Assembly: GCA_042850255.1 (NCBI GenBank)
Contig: AP031373.1
Coordinates: 720,001-752,000, forward strand
Direction of reading: 5' to 3'
DNA: 32,000 nt
From: Nanobdellota archaeon
Lineage (GTDB): Archaea > Nanobdellota > Nanobdellia > Nanobdellales > Nanobdellaceae
Below, one piece after another: positions 8,891-15,931 of this stretch (the stretch's first letter is position 1; each line of letters starts with the position of its first letter). The translations under genes were made by a program, and so were the position numbers. The notes under the pieces were generated by a model that was not told the DNA's origin, searched no databases, and saw only the letters and a list, made by a program, of their open reading frames with translations.

Positions 8891-9879
8891 ATAGATAATT
8901 ATATACCAATTGAAAGATTTAAGAAATACCTAAGTAAAAATCTAAAGAAAAATCTACCAATAAAAGATATAGATGACATTTATTTATCATTAGACTACAA
9001 TAAAATAGTAGAATATTTAAAAAAATCAGACATAGAAAAGTTGTTTGAATATGTAGAACATAAAATAAATATAGAACTTGTTAAAAAAGATAAATATGAA
9101 AAATCTAATGTAGATATAATAGGAAAATATATAGAAGTTGTTTATTCTATACTATATCTAATATATCAACTTTAGAAACAATTTTAGAATTTTATAATGA
9201 AAACTATAAAGAGGAATATTATAAAGTTTTAATAGAAAGTCTTAAAATACTGGAGAATAATCTAGAAAATAATATAGAATCTATAAAATATGGATATCAA
9301 GAGATAACAAATATAAAGATAGAATATTCAAATATTTTAGAATATTTAGATAATTTTTCTAAATTAATATTTAGAATTATTATTGCATTAATAAATACTG
9401 GCACACTTTATGGTATATTAAAGATATTTGAAAAAGAAGATCAAAATATAGAAGGTATATCAAATTCTATAAAAGAGAAATATAAAAAAATATATACTAT
9501 AAAAGAAGAAATAAATAAAAATATAGTAGAATTTTTTGATAATAAGGATAAAAAAATAAGAAAAATCTATATAAATATACTAGAAGAAATTGAAGGAAAA
9601 TCAAAAGATAATTTAAAATATATAAATCAATATATAAGAGATATAATAGAAGATTTATTAAATGAGCATTTTAAAACTAATAAATTTCATTATTTTAAAT
9701 TTAAAGAATATTCGAATAATAAAATAAGCGAATTATATAATGAATTATTGGATATCTTAGAAAAAGATTTGGATAATGATAATAGTCAAAAGTTATTAGA
9801 ATTATTATTATATAAGGAAATACATGAATCTTATATAAACCTAATAGATTATATTAAAAGTAATGTAAAAACCAGATAG
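8891..9879 (+). pseudogene. helical-family protein, disrupted (P-family copy 2)
   Basis: ATA GAT AAT at 8891 aligns with the ATG GAC AAT start of copy 3, and there is no canonical start between the upstream stop at 8852-8854 and 8891. Frame 2 reads IDNYIPIERFKKYLSKNLKKNL...NVDIIGKYIEVVYSILYLIYQL and stops at 9173-9175. Frame 1 resumes at about 9163 with ISTLETILEFYNENYKEEYY...TLYGILK... and runs to TAG at 9877-9879. The shift lies in the atatat tract 9161-9166. Confidence 0.6.
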
Positions 9880-9892
9880 TTTTTATTACTAT

Positions 9893-9901
9893 TTTTTAAA
9901 T
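9893..9901 (+). promoter_or_regulatory. TATA-like box tttttaaat, 20 nt before the ATG at 9922
   Basis: The same 9-mer occurs at the same 20-nt distance before the 15932 ATG. The 29 nt preceding the two ATGs match at 22 positions, including a shared TTACCA. The AT-rich background makes single TATA calls weak. Confidence 0.35.
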
Positions 9902-9921
9902 ATTATATATAATTACCATCC

Positions 9922-10794
9922 ATGGACAATAAAGACGAATATGATACTATAGAGGATTTTAAACTTTATCTGAAGGATAATCTATTAAAGCTTTTTCGAG
10001 AAAATGAAGAGATAGTACTAAAATCTATCAATTCAGTAGATAACAATTTGTTAATTAAATATATATCTGGTAAAAAATTACTAAATATAATGCAGAATAT
10101 TGTAATTAATAACTTATATCCATATTTTTTAGAAAATCTTAACTTAAATATATCTTATAACAATAAAAATTTAGAAGAAATATTAAGCTATTATAAAAAA
10201 GGTATAATATTATCAGCTCTATTAATTTCTACATTAGATGCTACTTTTAGATATTATAACAAAAAAATATCAGAAAAAGAATATTATTCAAAAATAATGT
10301 TCGGACTAGATTATATAAAATCTTTATGTATAACTATGGGAAATATATTAATAGAAAATTACATGAAATTTAAAAGATATCTACTAGAAAATTATATATC
10401 GTCTAATAATATTAGATATGATGTAATAGAATATAGCACACTTTTATACGAAATATCAAAGCATACTATAGAGTATCTGATAGTTTACAGTACGGTATAT
10501 AATATGATTATAAAAGATAGTAAAGAAGATGTTGATGAATTCTTAAATAATATAACAGAAAAATATAACATATCACCAGAAAATGCTATAAAAGAAATAT
10601 ATAACAATATAATAGGATACTTAAATTCAGAAATATACAATATAAATGGTTTTGATAATAAAAATATATTTATTAAGTTTTTAAACCATATTAAAAGAGA
10701 TATTAAAGATATATATAGTGAATTATCAGATAATGAGATTGATCTAAAAGAAAAATTATTATTTTACTATAACTTTATTAGCGATATATTATAA
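9922..10794 (+). CDS. helical-family protein (P-family copy 3)
   Basis: 290 aa. The central block is NLEEILSYYKKGIILSALLISTLDATFRYYNKKISEKEYY. The N-terminal IVLKSINSVDNNLL matches IVSSINTSELENIL of 15932-16984. Confidence 0.65.
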   Translation: MDNKDEYDTIEDFKLYLKDNLLKLFRENEEIVLKSINSVDNNLLIKYISGKKLLNIMQNIVINNLYPYFLENLNLNISYNNKNLEEILSYYKKGIILSALLISTLDATFRYYNKKISEKEYYSKIMFGLDYIKSLCITMGNILIENYMKFKRYLLENYISSNNIRYDVIEYSTLLYEISKHTIEYLIVYSTVYNMIIKDSKEDVDEFLNNITEKYNISPENAIKEIYNNIIGYLNSEIYNINGFDNKNIFIKFLNHIKRDIKDIYSELSDNEIDLKEKLLFYYNFISDIL

Positions 10795-10893
10795 TTTTTA
10801 ATTCTATTTATCTAGATAATTCTGAAATTCATTTCTACTATAATACTATCTATCTTAATATATTTTTAAATATATATTTATATATTACTATTT

Positions 10894-10989
10894 ATGAATA
10901 GCGATCATAAACTATTTTGTCTGGAAAATATAAAAAAAGATAAATTGAAATATGCTAAGATATTTAACCAAACTATTGATTTATTATGA
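10894..10989 (+). CDS. 31-codon ORF, probably the detached N-terminus of P-family copy 4
   Basis: MNSDHKLFCLENIKKDKLKYAKIFNQTIDLL carries the family N-terminal LEN[LI]KK motif. Its TGA (10987-10989) overlaps the ATG (10986-10988) of the next ORF. The TATA-like tttttaaat at 10863-10871 precedes this ATG rather than the one at 10986. Confidence 0.4.
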   Translation: MNSDHKLFCLENIKKDKLKYAKIFNQTIDLL

Positions 10990-11930
10990 ATATTAAAGAG
11001 ATAGGTTATAAATATTTATCAATATTCAAAAAAATAATAAACTATAAATATGAAAAGGAAGGTAAAGAATTTATTAACAATTATATTACAAAAATAATTA
11101 ACAAATTTATAATAATAGAGAGATATGAACTAGAAGAAGCTATAAAAAGAATAAATACCAACTATTTAAAATTAGGAGAAATTCTTCTCAATTACAAAGA
11201 TCTTTTAGATGAGAATTATCAATTCCATATATCTGATATAAATAATTTTGTTAGAGATATAGCTTTTAGTATAGCTGGATATTTATCTAACAAAATAGAA
11301 AATAAAGGCACATATATCAATAGAAGAGATTATAATCATTTAGACTATATAATTTCATCTTATAAGAAAAGTTTAATAGAATCATTGACTCTTATATCTA
11401 CAATATCTGCATTTTATTCTTATTATAATGAAAAAATTGAGGATAGAAATATAAAGAAAGAAATATTTGAATTACTATCTATATCATTTTCTATATTATC
11501 ATACAATCTGACTATGAAAGATATTGTTAGTAATATTTATTCTCATTTAAATAAAATATCTTTAGACGATGAAAATGATCTAATTATAACGTCAGAATCT
11601 TTTATAAAAGATTTAATTTTTATATCTACACTATATGGTACATTAAAAAATAGATATCAAATATTAAAAATATACGACACAATAAACGAAAATAAAATAG
11701 AAGAAATGTTAGAAACAATACATAAAAATTTAGGAGAATATTTTAATGAAAATAAACACTTATTATTAACAATCGAAATGGTTAAAGAAAAATGTTTTAA
11801 ATATAATAAACCAATAATTAGAGATTTTATTAATTTAATAACAAGATCAGAAAAATATATAAATGAAAATACATTAAAATATATAAGAAGTCTATTAGAT
11901 AAAAATATAAATCGATATAATATTAATTAA
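10986..11930 (+). CDS. helical-family protein (P-family copy 4)
   Basis: 314 aa. The central block is HLDYIISSYKKSLIESLTLISTISAFYSYYNEKIEDRNI. The distal ISTLYGTLKN matches NTGTLYGILK of copy 2. Confidence 0.65.
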   Translation: MNIKEIGYKYLSIFKKIINYKYEKEGKEFINNYITKIINKFIIIERYELEEAIKRINTNYLKLGEILLNYKDLLDENYQFHISDINNFVRDIAFSIAGYLSNKIENKGTYINRRDYNHLDYIISSYKKSLIESLTLISTISAFYSYYNEKIEDRNIKKEIFELLSISFSILSYNLTMKDIVSNIYSHLNKISLDDENDLIITSESFIKDLIFISTLYGTLKNRYQILKIYDTINENKIEEMLETIHKNLGEYFNENKHLLLTIEMVKEKCFKYNKPIIRDFINLITRSEKYINENTLKYIRSLLDKNINRYNIN

Positions 11931-12036
11931 TTTTATAGAAGTACTAAAATACGAATTTGATTAATCTTATTATGAAGACTAAATATAAAAACATCTAAAT
12001 GCTTAAAGATTTTACAGTATATAATAGATATATCTA

Positions 12037-12134
12037 CCGGGCGTAGCTCAGCCTTGGTAGAGCGGCCGGCTGTAGTGGATAAAATCCTGGCCGCAGAGAC
12101 CGGCAGGTCGTGGGTTCAAATCCCACCGCCCGGA
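12037..12134 (+). tRNA. tRNA-Tyr(GUA): tRNA-Tyr (anticodon GUA) with a 23-nt intron at 12076-12098
   Basis: - Acceptor stem: CCGGGCG (12037-12043) pairs with CGCCCGG (12127-12133), with discriminator A at 12134.
- D arm: GCTC/GAGC.
- Anticodon stem and loop: GCCGG (12065-12069) pairs with CCGGC (12100-12104), and the loop reads CT-GTA-G.
- T arm: GTGGG-TTCAAAT-CCCAC, preceded by a 5-nt variable loop.
- Identity and 3' end: the C1:G72 pair is the archaeal/eukaryal tRNA-Tyr identity pair, and no CCA is encoded.
- Intron: it sits at the canonical 37/38 position. The bulge-helix-bulge consists of the 4-bp helix CUGU (12070-12073)/GCAG (12093-12096) flanked by the 3-nt bulges AGU (12074-12076) and AGA (12097-12099). 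Confidence 0.85.
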
Positions 12135-12135
12135 C

Positions 12136-12148
12136 TTTTTATTTTTTT
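12136..12148 (+). terminator. oligo-T tract (T5 A T7) directly after the tRNA
   Basis: tttttattttttt begins 2 nt after the discriminator base. Archaeal RNA polymerase terminates at oligo-T runs. Confidence 0.45.
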
Positions 12149-12164
12149 AAATTATCATATATTT

Positions 12165-12707
12165 ATGGAACTTATTATTCTAGAGATCGAAGATATACAT
12201 AATAGAGAATTATTTGATTTTTGGAAAGAGTTCTTTAAAGGGCAAATTTAACAAACTTCAATGTTTTAGTTATATTATTTGGAATAGAAGATAAAAATGA
12301 AATAGAAAGATATAAAGAACTAATAAAAAATTATTTTAAAGATTTAGGTGCAAGCAATATAGAATTTTTAGATGATAAATATTATATAACAGAAGAAAAA
12401 TTTAAAGAATCAGATGTAGTTTATTTAGCCAATGGAGATACAAAAATACTATTAGAGAAATTATATAATAATCAGAAAACTCTGGAAGAATTAAAAAATT
12501 TGATGGAATTTTAATTGGAAATGGTGATGGAGCAATAGTATTATCAAAAAAGAGTACGAACATAAAGAAAAAATTATTAAATACAAAGGATTGGGAATTG
12601 TTAATACAAAAGTATTGATTTATGTTAAACCAGAAAGTATAGAGAAAGTTAATGATAATGATATAATATTATTTGTTATTGGAGATTATGTAGTAATAAA
12701 GAAATAA
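12165..12707 (+). pseudogene. multiply frameshifted gene remnant, possibly a peptidase S51 / class-I glutamine amidotransferase-like fold
   Basis: Four successive frames give protein-like sequence:
- MELIILEIEDIHNRELFDFWKEFFKGQI
- NFNVLVILFGIEDKNEIERYKELIKNYFKDLGASNIEFLDD...SDVVYLANGDTKILLEKL
- FDGILIGNGDGAIVLSK
- YKGLGIVNTKVLIYVKPE...
The layout is reminiscent of PepE-like proteins, but the expected nucleophile Ser context is not conserved. The functional call is weak. Confidence 0.3.
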
Positions 12708-12738
12708 TTTTTATAACATAATATTAGATTAGAATTTA

Positions 12739-13338
12739 TTATTTTGGTAATCCTTTTTCCATATAATTTTTAATTTTATCTTTTAATCCTTCTAAAATTA
12801 TTATTCCATATTCTTCTTTTAATAATTTTTTATTAGCAATAATTTCGGAATCGGTAGTTAGAAAATAATCAATATCAAAATATGATGCAATTGTTAAATG
12901 TATAGCATCTTCCATATGTATACCATAATACGGAAATGAAAGAAATATATTTTCTATCATTTCTTTCCATTCTTCTTTTTCAAAATCTGCAAGTAAATAT
13001 AAATTTAATTCTCTAAAAATATTATCAATTTTATAAGTAATTTCTTCACTAATTTTCATAATAATATCTTCTTTTATATCCTTATAAAAGGCATGAGGAT
13101 ATCTCCATTTATGTATAATTTTCTCTATTGAATATCCTTTTTCTTTTATTAAACATTCAGCTATCCTATTTTTAAGTAATACGAAAATTATTTCATAAAT
13201 AACAAAATATGAAATTATATAAGAAATGTTATATTTAGACTTCAAACTTTTTAATAATTCTAAATAATCTTTATCCAAATAACAATCGACTAAAATATTA
13301 GAATCTAAGTAGATATATTTTTCTTTACTCTCATTCAC
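12739..13338 (-). CDS. PIN-domain protein (VapC-like putative toxin) with an internal insertion
   Basis: GTG start. IYLDSNILVD supplies the N-terminal acidic residue, EDAIHLTIASYF the third acidic motif and FLTTDSEI the C-terminal T.D motif. At 199 aa it is longer than minimal PIN domains. Confidence 0.7.
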   Translation of the reverse strand: MNESKEKYIYLDSNILVDCYLDKDYLELLKSLKSKYNISYIISYFVIYEIIFVLLKNRIAECLIKEKGYSIEKIIHKWRYPHAFYKDIKEDIIMKISEEITYKIDNIFRELNLYLLADFEKEEWKEMIENIFLSFPYYGIHMEDAIHLTIASYFDIDYFLTTDSEIIANKKLLKEEYGIIILEGLKDKIKNYMEKGLPK

Positions 13339-13463
13339 TTTCTTTTCCTATTTTTTAATTCTTTAGCACTTATATAGTTACCAGTTTCTTTTATATACTC
13401 TTCAATAGCTTTATCTACGATCTTTTTTATTTTCCTTAATAAATTATTTCTATTTTTTTTCAT
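13335..13463 (-). CDS. 42-aa ORF translationally coupled to the PIN gene (putative antitoxin)
   Basis: The ATG at 13463-13461 gives MKKNRNNLLRKIKKIVDKAIEEYIKETGNYISAKELKNRKRK. Its TGA (13337-13335) overlaps the GTG start (13338-13336) of the PIN ORF in a GTGA 4-nt overlap. This ORF is absent from the supplied track because it is short. Confidence 0.45.
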   Translation of the reverse strand: MKKNRNNLLRKIKKIVDKAIEEYIKETGNYISAKELKNRKRK

Positions 13464-13574
13464 ATAATTATTTATTATCTTATTAATTTATTAATTTGAT
13501 ACACTTTTGATCAAAGTTATATAACAAAATGATATAGTCTTAATCTTTAATCTATAGGAATATGTCTTATGCTA

Positions 13575-13664
13575 TTAACCAATAAGGATGAAAGTATTAC
13601 ATATTGTTAACAATATTAACCATATTCAACATATTTTATTATTTTGGTTATCAATATTAACCAA
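13575..13664. promoter_or_regulatory. TTAACCA repeat cluster in the divergent intergenic region between the two toxin-antitoxin-type operons
   Basis: TTAACCA occurs at 13575-13581, 13616-13622 and 13657-13663. The 12-mer CAATATTAACCA is repeated exactly at 13611-13622 and 13652-13663. The inverted repeat TTGGTTA-N7-TAACCAA lies at 13644-13664, and the palindrome TTGTTAACAA at 13604-13613. Confidence 0.4.
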
Positions 13665-13705
13665 CCTTTATTAACTTTATTAAATATTTATATAATTATG
13701 ATACC

Positions 13706-14035
13706 TTGGAAAGATTTTTTGAATCTGCAGAAGATAATTTTAAAAACAAAAGATATACTGCAGCAGGGGAAGACTATGCAAAACCTATTTTTCTAATGAT
13801 CGACGAATATTTAAATAATAAATATAATATTACTGTTAAAGATCATTCGGAAAGAAGATTATTTTTATTATCAAAACAAAAAGAAGACAAAATTTGTGAA
13901 GAATTATTAAATATCTATATTTCTGTTTATAATTTATATAGAGAAACTTATACTAGATCTTTATCATATGAAGAAGCAAATATATTAAGAGAATCTGCTT
14001 TAAAAGTAAAAGATATAATAGAAAATGCTAGATGA
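13706..14035 (+). CDS. HEPN-like domain protein
   Basis: 109 aa with a TTG start. The helical pattern is AEDNFKNKRYTAAGEDYAKPIFLMIDEYL...KDHSERRLFLL...YRETYTRS. It resembles archaeal HEPN domains that pair with minimal nucleotidyltransferases. It overlaps the downstream NTase ORF by 11 nt. I do not see a clean Rx4-6H motif. Confidence 0.55.
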   Translation: MERFFESAEDNFKNKRYTAAGEDYAKPIFLMIDEYLNNKYNITVKDHSERRLFLLSKQKEDKICEELLNIYISVYNLYRETYTRSLSYEEANILRESALKVKDIIENAR

Positions 14036-14612
14036 AATAATAGAAGATCTATCTAAATATTTAAATGAAAAAATTGAAGATATTATAATATTTGGATCTG
14101 TAATGAGAGGAAAAGAAAATCCAAATGATATAGATATAATAATTATATTCAAAGAATTCAATGATAAATTATATTTAGAATTAGGAAAAAATTATCATAT
14201 TATCCCACTTACCATAGATAGCTTATATAATATAAATACTATTTTAATTGAAGCTTTGGCAGAAGGATTTTCAGTAAAATATAGTAAACCTTTAAGAGAA
14301 ATTTTAGGTTTTAGGTCCTATAAAGAATTTGTTTTTAAAGAGATGAAATTTAAAGAAAAAAGTAAAAAAATATTATTTTATTATTTTTTAAATGGTAGAA
14401 AAGATAGAAACAAAAAAGGGATAATAGAAGAATTAAATGCTAAAATTATAAATAAAAATCCTTATATAATTAGAGTTCCCATAGATAAGTCGGAAATATT
14501 TAAGAAAAAAATAGAGATATTTTCTAAGTTAAATAATATAGAATTTGAAATTGAAGAAAGAACTATTATTATAGGAAGAGTAAATATAAACTTCTATAAA
14601 AATAATACTTAA
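14025..14612 (+). CDS. minimal nucleotidyltransferase (MNT) domain protein
   Basis: IIIFGSVMRGKENPNDIDIIIIF contains the G-S ... D-x-D signature of polymerase-beta-type minimal nucleotidyltransferases. A C-terminal extension of about 100 aa has unknown function. Confidence 0.8.
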   Translation: MLDEIIEDLSKYLNEKIEDIIIFGSVMRGKENPNDIDIIIIFKEFNDKLYLELGKNYHIIPLTIDSLYNINTILIEALAEGFSVKYSKPLREILGFRSYKEFVFKEMKFKEKSKKILFYYFLNGRKDRNKKGIIEELNAKIINKNPYIIRVPIDKSEIFKKKIEIFSKLNNIEFEIEERTIIIGRVNINFYKNNT

Positions 14613-14637
14613 AAAATACAAATTATTTAATTTATTT

Positions 14638-15834
14638 ATGATTACTCCGATTCAATATATTTATCCATTCTTAGAAATTTCTATATTAATAATTCTTGCA
14701 AAAATAATTAAAATACAATTAAATAAAATTAAAATTCCTGGAGTAGTTGGAGAAATAATAATAGGAATGATTATTAGTCCATTTTTATTAGGAGGAATTA
14801 TAGATAATATATTAAAAATAAATTTATTTTCTTTAAATAATTATTTAGTTTTCCTAGCTCAACTTTCAGTTATATTAATAGTCTTTTCAACTACATTAAA
14901 ATTTAGTGTTTCTTCATTAAAAAATGCAGGTATTTATGGATTCTTAGCAGCATTATTTGGTACTTTACTTTCATTTACTGCTACATTTTTAATTTTTTAT
15001 AAGTCATTAGGACTTGCAGAAGATTTAATTATAAGTACTTCGGTAGGTATAACAGGTTTACCAGCAGTATCAAGTATATTAAGCGAAGAATATTTTAATA
15101 AAAGTAAAGAAATAGATTTTTTATTAAACACTGCAGCAATAGATGATATAATAGATTTAGTTTTACTTTCTATAGCAATAGGAATTTCCTTATCTATTAT
15201 AAATTCTGTATATCAAATTGCTAAAATAGTTATTTTCTATTCTATATTATTTATAGTATTTACAATAATTATTATCACTATTGTACCAAGAATTATTAAT
15301 AAAGTTAAAGATAATTTTATTGAAGAATTCACGTTTTTACTACTATTTATTATTATAGCCTCCATGGTAGTTTTAGGATTTTCTTCAGTTATTGCAGCAT
15401 TTTTGGTAGGAATTGCAATTGCGGATAGTATTAAGAAAGAAAAAGTAATAAATTTTATTGAAAAATTATTACCAATATTTGGACCTATATTTTTTATAAC
15501 TGTAGGAATGCAAGCAAATTTAACAAAATTAAGTTTAGATATATTATTCTTTTCATTACAATTAACAGGAATTGCTTTATTATTTAAATTTTTAGGAACA
15601 TTTCCGTTTGCTTTTGCAAAACTAAAGGATATTAAGAAAAGTATGTTAGTAAGTATTGGTATGTTACCTAGAGGAGGTATGGGAGTTCTAGTTGCATCAA
15701 TCGGATTTTCATTAGGATTATTGGATAATTATGGATTTATAAGTGCAATATTCATGTCTATATTTACAACAATAATTGGAGCAATTTTATTCAATAAAGT
15801 TTGGAATAATTTAAAATTGGAAAAAACAAACTGA
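14638..15834 (+). CDS. monovalent cation:proton antiporter (CPA2 / Na+/H+ exchanger family)
   Basis: 398 aa with about 11-12 hydrophobic segments. The N-terminal KIPGVVGEIIIGMIISPFLLG and the later AAFLVGIAIAD are typical of Kef/NapA-type exchangers. Confidence 0.8.
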   Translation: MITPIQYIYPFLEISILIILAKIIKIQLNKIKIPGVVGEIIIGMIISPFLLGGIIDNILKINLFSLNNYLVFLAQLSVILIVFSTTLKFSVSSLKNAGIYGFLAALFGTLLSFTATFLIFYKSLGLAEDLIISTSVGITGLPAVSSILSEEYFNKSKEIDFLLNTAAIDDIIDLVLLSIAIGISLSIINSVYQIAKIVIFYSILFIVFTIIIITIVPRIINKVKDNFIEEFTFLLLFIIIASMVVLGFSSVIAAFLVGIAIADSIKKEKVINFIEKLLPIFGPIFFITVGMQANLTKLSLDILFFSLQLTGIALLFKFLGTFPFAFAKLKDIKKSMLVSIGMLPRGGMGVLVASIGFSLGLLDNYGFISAIFMSIFTTIIGAILFNKVWNNLKLEKTN

Positions 15835-15902
15835 ATAATATATTAAAATTAATAAATATTACTTCTAAGATCTAGTCTAAAACTATATTGACTCATACAA
15901 AA

Positions 15903-15911
15903 TTTTTAAAT
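15903..15911 (+). promoter_or_regulatory. TATA-like box tttttaaat, 20 nt before the ATG at 15932
   Basis: It has the same sequence and spacing as the box upstream of 9922, and TTACCA lies at the same offset. See feature 9893-9901. Confidence 0.35.
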
Positions 15912-15931
15912 CTATTATATATTTACCACTT

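Noticed and set aside
12054-12251. Tracked 65-aa ORF MVERPAVVDKILAAETGRSWVQIPPPGL...
   Set aside because: Its first half is simply the translation of the tRNA-Tyr gene and intron (12037-12134). The in-frame tail from the ATG at 12165 (MELIILEIED...) belongs to the decayed gene called at 12165-12707.
12100-14700. Integrated mobile element at tRNA-Tyr with att repeat and integrase
   Set aside because: I could not find a second copy of the GC-rich tRNA 3' segment (GGGTTCAAATCCCACCGCCCGG) anywhere in the window, and there is no integrase- or transposase-like ORF. Only the weaker hot-spot interpretation is reported.
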